From contig OZ240241.1 of assembly GCA_965198115.1 (NCBI GenBank), positions 4,160,001 through 4,224,000 of the forward strand: a DNA stretch of 64,000 nucleotides. Reading direction: 5' to 3'. Source of the stretch: Candidatus Latescibacterota bacterium (GTDB lineage Bacteria; Latescibacterota; UBA2968). A model generated the notes under the pieces. That model searched no databases and was not told the origin of the DNA. It was given only the letters and a program-made list of their open reading frames with translations. Made by a program: the position numbers and the translations under genes. Below, piece after piece: positions 19,439-29,064 of this stretch; within the stretch, counting starts at the first letter, position 1, and each line of letters starts with the position of its first letter.

Positions 19439-20812
19439 GAGCTCAGGTCAATAGGTGTGTAAAAGAAATCAGGCGGCCATCTTCCCGGCTTCGACCTGCG
19501 GTCCGGTTGAGTGTTTCTGATCGTAGACTTGTTGTAGCAAGTGTGGCGCGGTGAGTTTCCTGAATCGGCTCTCTGCGACCTTGAGCGTACGCCAGATGAG
19601 AGTCGTGGCGTTCCTGACTTTCTTGAATCGCCTGGCGGCGTTTGTGCGAAGCCGAACGGAAGCAAAGGGGCTCTCGACGACGTTCGTGGTTCTCAGGTGT
19701 TTCCAGTGTTCCTTCGGGAAGTCGTAGAACGTGACCATCCGATCCCAGTTTCTTTCGAGCGTCTCCACGGCGGCAGGGAACTGTGAGCGATACCGTGCGG
19801 CAAAGCGTTTCCGGAGCTTCTCGGCCTCCTTTTTCGTGCCGGCATAGGGGATCTGGACGAGCAGTGCGCGGGCTTCAGCCTGTGCACGCTTGGCGACCTT
19901 GTCGAGCACGTTGAGGATCTTGTGGTTCCAGCACCGTTGTTGCCGGCTCTCTGGCCAGACCTGATCAACGGCCGCCCAGATGCCCATATTCCCGTCCGCG
20001 GCGATCAGGACAGGATGTTCGAGCCCGCGATCCCGGAGATCCCGGAGCACCGTGAGCCAGGATTCTGTAGACTCTCGATAACCGGGTTCTATCGCCAGGA
20101 TCTCCTTGCTGCCGTCGCTCATCGCGCCGATCACGACCAGCAGACACGCCTTCTCGCGCTCGAGCCCGGCTTTGACGTAGATGCCATCAGCCCAGGCGTA
20201 GACCAGTTCGCGATTATCCAGACGCCTTTCTTTCCAGTCCTGGAAGTCGACCTCCCACTTCCCTCGAAGACGAGCGATCGAGGTCGGCGAAAGCGGCGCG
20301 CCATCACCGAGCAGCGCACGCAAAGACAACTCGAAGTCGCCCTGGGAGAGACCGTGGAGATAAAGGTCGGGAAGCAGATCTCCAATGGCCCTGGTTCTCC
20401 GGGCGAACAGGGGGAGGATGCGGCTTTCAAACCGCTCTTCCAGACCACGAACCCGGGGACGCCGGACCTTGATCGTTCCGCAGCTCGTCGAGAGACGCCG
20501 GGGCTTGCCGTAGCCGTTCCTGTAGCCCCTGGAGCTATCGACCTCGGCTCGGCGCTCATACCACGACCGGCCCAAGAACGCGGTCGCCTCCTCCTCCAGA
20601 ATGGACTGGAACCGGCCCTGGATCTCTTCACGGATCCAATCGTCAACCGTCTCCCACGTCGGCATGGACTTCAATGGGGCTCTATGCGTATGTTCCTTCA
20701 CGGCGATCCTCCTTCCCAACCGGGCCTCTCACCCGGTTTTGTGTGAATCAACTATCTCACGGGAAGGGTAGGGTCGCCCTTTCTCTTTTTCCACACCTTT
20801 TGATTATAGCTC
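19439..20812 (-). mobile_element. IS256-family insertion sequence
   Basis: Imperfect IRs GAGCTCAGGTCAATAGGTGTGTAAAAGA / GAGCTATAATCAAAAGGTGTGGAAAAAGA; 9-bp target duplication CCATCCACG (19430-19438, 20813-20821). Confidence 0.93.
19469..20719 (-). CDS. IS256 transposase
   Basis: GYRNGY, YAWADGIY, ESTESW, ADG, QRCWNHK, LRTTNVVES. Confidence 0.95.
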   Translation of the reverse strand: MGRRIAVKEHTHRAPLKSMPTWETVDDWIREEIQGRFQSILEEEATAFLGRSWYERRAEVDSSRGYRNGYGKPRRLSTSCGTIKVRRPRVRGLEERFESRILPLFARRTRAIGDLLPDLYLHGLSQGDFELSLRALLGDGAPLSPTSIARLRGKWEVDFQDWKERRLDNRELVYAWADGIYVKAGLEREKACLLVVIGAMSDGSKEILAIEPGYRESTESWLTVLRDLRDRGLEHPVLIAADGNMGIWAAVDQVWPESRQQRCWNHKILNVLDKVAKRAQAEARALLVQIPYAGTKKEAEKLRKRFAARYRSQFPAAVETLERNWDRMVTFYDFPKEHWKHLRTTNVVESPFASVRLRTNAARRFKKVRNATTLIWRTLKVAESRFRKLTAPHLLQQVYDQKHSTGPQVEAGKMAA

Positions 20813-22123
20813 CCATCCACGTCTGGAGGATGTTGTAGGCAGCCACATCCTCTTCGGATCGTTCGAGCGGCTCGGTCGAACCGAAAAACCGCGCGTCGAT
20901 TGCGTCGTAGCTGGCCGGCCAATCCGTCAGATCGACGCGTGTTCGTACCTGGAGGAGCGGACCCCATTCCTCCACACAGAACAGTTCCACGGAATGGGGG
21001 TCGACCGATGGCTGGAGCAGAATGACCCGGCTCGCCCGGTCATACCCCACCGGGCGCTCGTGAACGACCAATTGAGTGTTGAACAGCGGATGACACGCCT
21101 GAATCAGACGCGCTTCCAGAATCAGCGCCTCCAGCTCCGACCCTACCTCATCGACGTCCACCGACCATATCCTCTCCAGGATCTTGCGCGTTTTCTCCGG
21201 GCGATCGGCCTGGTCGGCAAAGTAGGTTCGAACACGATCGCGTAAATGCTTGGACTTACCGACGTAAATGACCTCCCCCTCCTGGTCGCGCATCACATAC
21301 ACCCCGGGCGCCTCCGGGAGTGAAGCCAAATCTTCGGCGTCGAACGCGAACGACAAGAAGTGAACTGCATCCCTGATCGGATACTGATCGGCCGTGATTT
21401 CATGGAGGTCGCTCACGCCTTCGTCTTCATACAATTCCAGCAAACCGAGCAGAAGATCCGCGTCTTCCTGCGGACCTCGATCAGACACGCACGGAAGTTT
21501 CAACGCATTGGCGATCGCTTCGAGCGATCCGAACGACCGATCGGGGAAGCGTCGGCGGGCCAGCCGGAACAGGCAAAGCCCCTCGCTTTCGTCCAGCACG
21601 GATCTGCCCAGCCACGTCCTGGACAGGCGGTTGATTTCTCCCCGCACACCCGGAAGACGAAAGGCAACGGGGATAGCACGCTTCCCGAGCACCTCGATCT
21701 CTGCCAACGTCTGGCTCGCCGCCGCCCGCTCGTCCCCCGCGAACGATCCGCCCGATCGGCCCGGTCGACCGTCGAAACCGACACTCGTTGCCGCCAACGC
21801 GTGCCGGTCGTCACGAGACGCGTGCGCGACCACTACATAGCGAACGTCCCTCAGGCTCCGTCGCATCGGTGTCGTGACGATCGTCCACCCGGTGGTCCCA
21901 CGGACCACGCGAGAATCGTCCGCGGCGGCCGCGGCCACGACCCGATCGGCAACCGAACCACGCGCACCCTGCAATCCGAGCGCCTCCTCGGCGATTTCCT
22001 CCGACTCCACTTCGCCGTCGCGTGAAACCAGAAATGTGTAGACTCGATCCGACACGTCATCCGCCAATAGAACAGGGCGGAGACCTGTATCGTCTCCGCC
22101 CTCGATTCCCGTCGTTCAGCACG

Positions 22124-23584
22124 TCAGGCGTTCTTGCTCCGGGGGGTGGAAGGCTTGTCCGAAGACTTGCTCTTGCCATCCGCGTATTCCAGCTTGATCA
22201 GCTTCTTCAACGCATCGATTTCCTCGTCCAAAGCGCTGATCTTTTCGTTTTGTAAAAAAACCAGATCGGCGTAAATGCGGGACCGCTCCTCCTGGTTGAG
22301 CACGGTCTTCCGCAGTGCGTCGATCTTGCTCAGAAGTGCTTCCGCCGTCTCGCCGGGTGGCAGCGCGGGCCTCCCATCCTCACCCGGCGATCCGAAGGCG
22401 TCTACGTGCTTACGTAGAGCCTCGTCCATTTCGGCTAGCTTTTTCTCCGCCTCTTCGATTTCTCGAATGACGGGACGCTTTTCCACAGCATACTTGAGCA
22501 CGTCGTCGAACCCACCATCTCTTTGTCGTCTGCGATACATCGGATGCGACGGGCCCGATCGCCGCCGGCGATAGACCACGATCAGGACCGCGACGAAGGC
22601 CAGAGCCCCGATGGCCAGCGCGGGCAAGAGGTAGGTCGCATACGTCGAGAAAAACTCGAACGAGGGTTCGCTTTCTTCCTCGACCGGTAGGGGTTCGGTT
22701 TCGGGGGCCTCATCCTCATCAGCGGGCTTGAGCAACCGGCCGAGATAGAACTGTGCCTCCGGCCGGGACGGGCGTCCTTTGATCGCCCGCCTGTAGTGCT
22801 CGATCGCGGCATCCCGCTCACCCGCTTTTTCGAACGTCTTCGCGGCGTCGAACAACAGGGGCCCGTTGTTCGCATCCGCTTCCACCGCCTTGTGAAAAGC
22901 CTCAGCCGCCTCAACGTGGTTGCCCGCACCGGCGAGCTCCCTGGCTTGGGCGGAATAGTCGATCTCCGGTTCCGGTTCGGGCTCGGACACTGGAGCGGTC
23001 GTTTCGGCGGCCGTCGACGTCTGCTCGGTGGGCACCGTTTCCGGGGCCAGCGGTTCGTGTCGAACCATATCCCCACGAATCCATCCACGACGGCCGGTGG
23101 GGAGGAGCACCAGATACCACCCGTTTCGTTCCCGCACCATCCCCAACGCCGTGCCCTTGGTCGCCTTGTCGATCACACGGGACCCGACGCTCGCCTGGTT
23201 GCGGATATTCACGTTGTTCGGCAACACGATCAGCTTGTCGCGTGCAATGTCAACGCTCAGGTAGCGCGCCGTGATCCACCCGGATGCCCCGGCGGAAAGC
23301 TCGACATGGATCCAATCGCCCTCGTTGCCGAAGGTGCGCCGCCCCAGCAGCTTCATCTGCGTGCCTTCGGGAATCCACTCGATGAAAGCGCCCTTCACGA
23401 ACCGACCGTCCGCGCTTTCGGTCGGGACCGAGCGTGCCCGGACCCTGCCCGCAGGTGTATTCGCCACGATCGCGACCTGGTCTCCGTGACGCACCTGGGC
23501 ATCGATTGGCGTGGACCCGAACAGGACAAACCACGCGATCACAACACCCAGAATCAGGATCTTGAAGTCGTAAAACCGATCCAC
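22124..23584 (-). CDS. Membrane-anchored protein with two bacterial SH3 domains, TPR region, TM helix and cytoplasmic coiled coil
   Basis: WIHVEL..GASGWIT; VNIRNQAS..GWYLV..GRRGWI; TPR-like EAAEAFHKAVEAD; TM LLPALAIGALAFVAVLIVVY. Confidence 0.7.
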   Translation of the reverse strand: MDRFYDFKILILGVVIAWFVLFGSTPIDAQVRHGDQVAIVANTPAGRVRARSVPTESADGRFVKGAFIEWIPEGTQMKLLGRRTFGNEGDWIHVELSAGASGWITARYLSVDIARDKLIVLPNNVNIRNQASVGSRVIDKATKGTALGMVRERNGWYLVLLPTGRRGWIRGDMVRHEPLAPETVPTEQTSTAAETTAPVSEPEPEPEIDYSAQARELAGAGNHVEAAEAFHKAVEADANNGPLLFDAAKTFEKAGERDAAIEHYRRAIKGRPSRPEAQFYLGRLLKPADEDEAPETEPLPVEEESEPSFEFFSTYATYLLPALAIGALAFVAVLIVVYRRRRSGPSHPMYRRRQRDGGFDDVLKYAVEKRPVIREIEEAEKKLAEMDEALRKHVDAFGSPGEDGRPALPPGETAEALLSKIDALRKTVLNQEERSRIYADLVFLQNEKISALDEEIDALKKLIKLEYADGKSKSSDKPSTPRSKNA

Positions 23585-24387
23585 TCCGCCTCCTGCACGA
23601 CGTCGACGATACCGAAACTCGCGCTTTCCAAGCTGGACTGGAAGTCCGCGTGCTCACGCGACAACAGCCCACCAAAAATGACGTGGCCTCCGGGTAGAAC
23701 GGCGTGGTGAAGCCGTCCTAGCATCGGCCTCAGAATGCTACTGATGATATTCGCCACCACCAAGTCGTAGCCGCTATCCTCCGCCGCCACGGACCGGGTT
23801 TCCACCACGATCCCGTCCACACCGTTCAGCGCGGCGTTTTCTCTCACATTCTCTATCGCCTGCGGGTCCGTGTCGACCGCCAACGCCTCACTCGCTCCGA
23901 GCCGTCGGGCGGCGATCGCCAGGATGCCGGAACCCGTCCCTACATCCAGGACACGATCCCCAGGCCGTATCACACCCTCCATTGTTCTGAGCGCCAGTCG
24001 CGTGGTGGGGTGACCTCCCGTTCCGAAAGCGGTCTTGGGCTCGATCAGGATCCGGATCCCGTTTTCCGGCTCGGCTACTTCGTGCCACGGGGCGCAAACG
24101 ACGATCCGCGACGAAGGCCACACAGGCTCGAATCGATCTCGCCACGTTGCGGCCCAATCTGTCGTCTCGACTTCCTCCACCGACACGGTCACCGATGGCA
24201 AGCGAGCCCGGACCTGCCTCAATACCTCAGCCCGCAAGGTCTCGGACGGAAAGTAAGCGATCAGCCGCCCGTCATTCTCTTCGGCCTCTTCCTGGATGCC
24301 GCAGCAACCCAGTTCAAACAGGACGTTGGACGCTGTCTCGAACGCCTCGGGAGCAAGTTCGACGACGATTCGATACCAGGATTTCAC
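23554..24387 (-). CDS. prmA: Ribosomal protein L11 methyltransferase
   Basis: IEPKTAFGTGGHPTT, VLDVGTGSGILAI, VVANI; downstream of dnaJ. Confidence 0.95.
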   Translation of the reverse strand: MKSWYRIVVELAPEAFETASNVLFELGCCGIQEEAEENDGRLIAYFPSETLRAEVLRQVRARLPSVTVSVEEVETTDWAATWRDRFEPVWPSSRIVVCAPWHEVAEPENGIRILIEPKTAFGTGGHPTTRLALRTMEGVIRPGDRVLDVGTGSGILAIAARRLGASEALAVDTDPQAIENVRENAALNGVDGIVVETRSVAAEDSGYDLVVANIISSILRPMLGRLHHAVLPGGHVIFGGLLSREHADFQSSLESASFGIVDVVQEAEWIGFTTSRS

Positions 24388-24483
24388 TCGAAAGGGGGAG
24401 ATTTAAGGCGAGGGAGAGGTCCTAAATGGCTGAAAAGCAACGCTTTCTGAATATAGGCCAGGGGTTGGGGCTTGCCAACCCAC

Positions 24484-24620
24484 AAAAAAGAGCCACCTGA
24501 ACCCCGATTGGGGCCCAGGCGGCTCAGCTTGGCCGGCATCCCTGCGCGTTTATCCACATCCTGTGTGCGTATCCAAGGACCAGTTTTCCCTCGGGAGGAA
24601 AGGCGGTATCACTGGATACT
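24484..24620 (-). ncRNA. Candidate structured small RNA with GGA-loop hairpins (Csr/Rsm-like) and its own terminator
   Basis: TATACT -10 at 24625-24630; hairpins CAC-AGGAT-GTG and GCA-GGGA-TGC; about 16-bp terminator stem plus T6 at 24484-24525. Confidence 0.45.
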
Positions 24621-24764
24621 ACTAAGTATATCGTCAGTCGATTTAGTTTCCGCACTTCTTTCTGCCACGCGAGGCGGACACGACGCCGAAAAGCACCCAA
24701 AACGACGAAAAACGGCCCCAGCCACGAGGGGCACGAGCCGTCATCGATCCCTCTTTGAGAGTGC

Positions 24765-25925
24765 TCAGCCGCTCAGAACGTCTTTCAATCGGTCAAAGAA
24801 CCCTTTCCCACCCTCGGGGGGCGCTCCGTTTTCCAACTCGGACAACTCCTGGAAGATCTCCTGCTCCTGACGATTCAGTTTTTTGGGCGTCCAGACCATC
24901 ACCCGAACCAGCTCGTCACCCGTCCCGTAGCCGTTCACATCGGGAATGCCCTTTCCCCGCAGCCGGAAAACCTGCCCGGATTGGGTGCCGGCAGGCACCT
25001 TCATCAGGGCTCTGCCTCCCAGCGTCGGTACTTCGATATCGGCACCCAGCGCGGCCTGCGAGAAGCTGATCGGCAGGTCATAGACCACGTTGTTCCCGTG
25101 TCGCTCGAACTGATCGTGCTCGATCTCCTGCACGAAGACCTGGCTGTCGCCGGCAGGCCCGCCCCGACGACCCACGCTCCCCTGGCCGCGCAGTGGGATG
25201 TAGTTCCCCTCGGCTACACCGGCTGGAATGTTGACCGACAGGCTGGTCTGTGTCTTGACACGACCATCGCCCCCGCACTGGGCACAGGGTTGCGCGATCG
25301 AGGTACCCTCGCCGGCGCAACGCGGACACGTCGTCACATTCACGAACTGCCCGAAGAGCGATCTCGTCGCCTGTCGAATCTGCCCCGTACCTCCGCAGGT
25401 CTCGCACGCCACGGGCTGACACCCTGCTTTGGCCCCGCTTCCGTCGCAACGGTCGCAGCGGTCGAGTCGAGTCAACTTGATCTTCTTCTGCACACCTTCG
25501 GCGATCTCCTCGAGCGTGAGCGGCAGTGTAATGCGCAGGTCTTCGCCCCGCTGGGGTCCCCGTCTTCCCCCGCCCCGACGGCCAAAGATATCCCCAAAGA
25601 TGCCGCCGCCGAAGATATCGTCGAGACTGGAGAAGATGTCCTCGAAGTCTCCTGCGTGGCTGAAGTCGGACCAGTTGAACCCACCTGACGCGAACGGTCC
25701 CCCCAGACCCTGATGACCGAATCGGTCGTAGGTCTGGCGCTTCTGTGGGTCGCTCAGAACTTCGTACGCCTCGGCCGCCTCCTTGAAACTCGTCTCGGCC
25801 GCCGCATCGCCCGGGTTTCGATCGGGATGATACTTCAGCGCCAGCTTCCGATACGATTTCTTGATATCGTCTTCGGAGGCGTCGCGCCCCACACTCAGGA
25901 CTTCGTAGTAGTCGCGTTTGTCCAA
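24765..25925 (-). CDS. dnaJ: Chaperone DnaJ
   Basis: J-domain YHPDRN; four CxxCxGxG repeats. Confidence 0.98.
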   Translation of the reverse strand: MDKRDYYEVLSVGRDASEDDIKKSYRKLALKYHPDRNPGDAAAETSFKEAAEAYEVLSDPQKRQTYDRFGHQGLGGPFASGGFNWSDFSHAGDFEDIFSSLDDIFGGGIFGDIFGRRGGGRRGPQRGEDLRITLPLTLEEIAEGVQKKIKLTRLDRCDRCDGSGAKAGCQPVACETCGGTGQIRQATRSLFGQFVNVTTCPRCAGEGTSIAQPCAQCGGDGRVKTQTSLSVNIPAGVAEGNYIPLRGQGSVGRRGGPAGDSQVFVQEIEHDQFERHGNNVVYDLPISFSQAALGADIEVPTLGGRALMKVPAGTQSGQVFRLRGKGIPDVNGYGTGDELVRVMVWTPKKLNRQEQEIFQELSELENGAPPEGGKGFFDRLKDVLSG

Positions 25926-25969
25926 ACGATCCCCTGAAACAAAAAGATGCAGGCTGCGTGCCTGCCCCT

Positions 25970-26587
25970 CTAAGACTCGTCTTCTTTCTCTTCTGTCTCG
26001 CTGACCGGTGCACCCGTGCTGACGACGACCTTGGCGTGCCGAACCACCTTGCTTCCCAACCGGTAGCCCTTTTCGACCACGTTGGCGACGACGCCCGCCT
26101 CGTACTCTTCCGAAGCCACCTGCATCAACGCTTCGTGATCGTTCGGATCGAACGGTTTGCCCAGCGCATCGATCTCCGTCAACCCGCGTCCTTCGAGGAC
26201 CTTCGAGAAGTCGGTCATGATCATCCGCACGCCCGACTTGAAGCTCTCCGAGTCCTCATCCCCCTCGGCGTGATCGAGTGCCCGGCTGACCGAATCGATC
26301 GTAGGCAAAAGATCCCGGACCAGAGCCTCGTTTGCGGAGTCGATCAACGACTGTATCTCACGAGAAGTCCGCTTTTTATAGTTGTCGAATTCCGCTGCAA
26401 GACGCATCCACCGATCCTTGTGCTCCTCGGCTTCGCGTGTCGCGACAGTCAGCGAGTCTTCTTCAAGTGCTTCCGGTTCTTCGGCTTCCGTTTCGGCCGC
26501 TTCGTCGCCGGCTCCTTCCTCCTCGTCATCCTTCACTGCTTCAGAAACCGATTCCAGCTCTTCCTCGACCTCTTCCTGCTCACTCAT
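25970..26587 (-). CDS. grpE: Nucleotide exchange factor GrpE
   Basis: [35 protein letters not shown]. Confidence 0.97.
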   Translation of the reverse strand: MSEQEEVEEELESVSEAVKDDEEEGAGDEAAETEAEEPEALEEDSLTVATREAEEHKDRWMRLAAEFDNYKKRTSREIQSLIDSANEALVRDLLPTIDSVSRALDHAEGDEDSESFKSGVRMIMTDFSKVLEGRGLTEIDALGKPFDPNDHEALMQVASEEYEAGVVANVVEKGYRLGSKVVRHAKVVVSTGAPVSETEEKEDES

Positions 26588-26593
26588 GCAGGT

Positions 26594-27637
26594 TTACCTC
26601 TCTTCGAACTTCTCTTCCAAAAGGTTCTCCGTCAGACTGGCCATATACCGAACCAGGGGGACCATTTTGGCGTAGGCCAGTCGGGTCGGCCCCATCAGCC
26701 CGATCACCCCCGTGACATTCCCCATCCGATACTTCGACGTCAGCAGGCTACACGCACTCAACTCGGGCGAGTCGTTTTCCTGGCCGATCGTAATGGCAAT
26801 GCCCTCACCCATCCGATCGTTCAGGATGGCTGTCATCTGGCTTCGCTCTTCGAACAGCTCGTAGAGCTGAGCCAGCTGATCCTTGTTGTCGCTGAATTCC
26901 GGCTGAAGGAAGAAATTCCCGGTTCCAACCAGGTGCAGGTCATCGTCGGTACTGAACTCGAACAGCGAATCGGCAGTGTCGCATATGAGACGCAGGAGTT
27001 TGGGTGACCCCTCGCTCGAGCCCTGCAGACGTTCACCGACGTTGCTGAGGATGTCCCCGATCGAGAGCCCCGACAGCCGCTCGTTGACCAAACGGCGCGT
27101 GCTCTCCAGGTCTTCAGCCTCCAGCCGCGCATCCACTTCCATGACCATCGTCTTGACGAGACCCGACTGGATGGTCACGACGATAAGCAGTTTCGACTCG
27201 CTCAGGTGAATCATATCGATGCTGCGGAAGCGGCCTTCCTTGAATCGTGGTGTCAGCGCCACGCCAAGGTTGTGCGAAACATCGGCAATGACCCGGGATA
27301 CCTGGCTCATCAAACCTTCGATGTTGTTTTCCCGGATCGCCGCCTCTACCATTTCTCGCAACCGCGACCGTTCGTCTTCGGAGATTTCCTGCTGTCCCAT
27401 GATGGCATCGACGTAGACCCGGTAGCCCTTATCGGTCGGCACGCGTCCAGCCGAGGTATGGGGCTGATGCAGGTATCCCTTCTCCTCGAGGTCGGCCATC
27501 GAATTCCGAACGGTGGCCGGACTCAGGGACATTCCCGTCTTGGCCAGGGTTCGAGAGCCGACGGGCTCACCCGTATCGATGTAGCAGGTAACCAGGCGGT
27601 CGAGAATCGACCGCTCTCTCTTGGAAAGATCCTCCAT
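26594..27637 (-). CDS. hrcA: Heat-inducible transcription repressor HrcA
   Basis: YIDTGEPVGS, SPATVRN, QPHTSAGRVPTDKGYR, GPTRLAY. Confidence 0.97.
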   Translation of the reverse strand: MEDLSKRERSILDRLVTCYIDTGEPVGSRTLAKTGMSLSPATVRNSMADLEEKGYLHQPHTSAGRVPTDKGYRVYVDAIMGQQEISEDERSRLREMVEAAIRENNIEGLMSQVSRVIADVSHNLGVALTPRFKEGRFRSIDMIHLSESKLLIVVTIQSGLVKTMVMEVDARLEAEDLESTRRLVNERLSGLSIGDILSNVGERLQGSSEGSPKLLRLICDTADSLFEFSTDDDLHLVGTGNFFLQPEFSDNKDQLAQLYELFEERSQMTAILNDRMGEGIAITIGQENDSPELSACSLLTSKYRMGNVTGVIGLMGPTRLAYAKMVPLVRYMASLTENLLEEKFEER

Positions 27638-27754
27638 AGGCCTCTCACCCTCTCGGGATGTGATGCTACGAAGGGGGAGCATCGACGAATAGGGGACACG
27701 AAAACAGGGCCTCCGAAGAGGCCCTGTCATAGATGTAACTCTATGACCGCCCTA

Positions 27755-27783
27755 AAAATACGCCACGAAAAGGAAGCTGTCAA
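27755..27783 (-). promoter_or_regulatory. sigma70 promoter for hrcA operon
   Basis: Minus strand TTGACA-N17-TATTTT. Confidence 0.65.
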
Positions 27784-27987
27784 GATCTGGAACAGTTTGC
27801 AAATGGCGGAGAATGCCGGCCTGACGGAGAAGAAGTCATTCCTCCACCGCATCGACCAGGTAGAGATCGCTCACGGGTCGGTGGGAAACGTGGACAATCC
27901 CGCCACGCACGTAGCGTCAATCGATTTCGGAACGGCTATCCAAGGCTTCTACACGTTCGGCTCTTCCACCCGCAACGGGCGTGATCC

Positions 27988-28548
27988 CTACTGGTTGTAA
28001 CGATCCTCATACATCATACGCAACTTCTCCGCCTCTTCGGGACTCAGACCTTTCATCCACGAGTGTTCTTCCTGCGCCAGAAGCGCCTCCACGAGCGACG
28101 CGTATTTGTGACCGATGGCCTCACTTTTCGATTCTGCCGCGTCTACGACCGCCGGCAGAAACTCGGTGTAGTAATTTTTGGCCACCTCGTACATCCCGTG
28201 CCAGTGCGTATAGTCCGGGCCCATCATACTCGCCCCGTGTCTGGCGCGTCGCCCTTCGTGATGCCAGAGTTCCCAGAACACCCATTGAACTTCGTGTTCG
28301 AACGGCGCGTCGGGTCTGAGCACGCCGTCCAACTTGAGCATATCCATAAACCTCTTGGCGGGCTTGGCGAACTTCTCGTTGTATAGCATCACCAGATCGT
28401 CAAACTGCTTGTAGAAGTTGTCGATATAGGTGTCGTTGTGGCAGTTCCGGCAGGCGCCCTTCATCTCCTCACGGCGCTGCTCCCACGTCACGATGCGGGC
28501 CACGCGCCGCAACACCTTCTTGCTCACCAGCTCTTCATCCTCGACCAC
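27988..28548 (-). pseudogene. 5'-truncated octaheme cytochrome c / hydroxylamine oxidoreductase-like gene (C-terminal fragment)
   Basis: Last heme motif CRNCH, then LWHHEGRRARHGASMMGPDYTHWHG; in-frame TGA nine codons upstream and no further CxxCH. Confidence 0.8.
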
Positions 28549-28787
28549 TGTCGCGGATTGTGAACTCGCGTCTGATCAACGAGACAGATGAGCCGCGACC
28601 TGGATCCAGAACGGAGGATACTGCAAGAGAGGCTTTATAGCGAGTGGCTATGACGAATTAAGCGTGTCGCCCCCACGGAGACCGGGGATGGGACGAGATT
28701 CATTACAGAATTCGATCGATTTCGGGTTAGAGGATAGTCCCACGCAGCGGAAACACCTGGGTGGGTGATGGCTATACGGAATGACGA

Positions 28788-29027
28788 TCACTCGTTGCCT
28801 GCACTCGTGAAAACCTGCTCGAAAGATCGGTCTGAGATTGCGCCCGTCGACTGCTGCAATGCGTCGATTACGAAAATGACGCACACGAAAATGACGACCA
28901 ATCCGATGACCACCGCACCGTTCTTGAGGTTCTGCCGCTCATCGGATCTGTTTAGAATGTCACACAGGTTCGGCATCGGACCTTCTCCACGTCTTATTGC
29001 ACTCGTCTCCCGACCATCAGCCATCAT
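28788..29027 (-). CDS. Small putative membrane protein
   Basis: One hydrophobic segment AVVIGLVVIFVCVIFVI; no family recognised. Confidence 0.3.
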   Translation of the reverse strand: MMADGRETSAIRRGEGPMPNLCDILNRSDERQNLKNGAVVIGLVVIFVCVIFVIDALQQSTGAISDRSFEQVFTSAGNE

Positions 29028-29064
29028 AAGTCCCCAGGACTGGCAGTCACATATGATCCAAGCC

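Larger units (their letters stand above)
19299..22067 (-). pseudogene. Degenerate exonuclease-like plus UvrC/Cho-type GIY-YIG protein, interrupted near the C-terminus by IS256
   Basis: LPEAPGVYVM...VIYVGKSKHLRDRVRTYF...SELEALILEARLI; removing the IS restores QTWMAHNHQTADVIH...EKTWRI* ending at 19299. Confidence 0.8.

Noticed and set aside
24484-24620. 6S RNA or a known riboswitch
   Set aside because: Too short, no 5'-3' closing stem, and the GGTTCAGG hairpin is directly followed by a T-tract; no riboswitch consensus recognised
24750-24770. GAGTGCTCA resembling a CIRCE half-site
   Set aside because: No TTAGCACTC partner at 9-bp spacing, and it lies at the dnaJ 3' end
28500-28600. Selenocysteine or read-through at the TGA upstream of the HAO fragment
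   Set aside because: The upstream frame shows no heme motifs or HAO-like sequence; truncation is simpler
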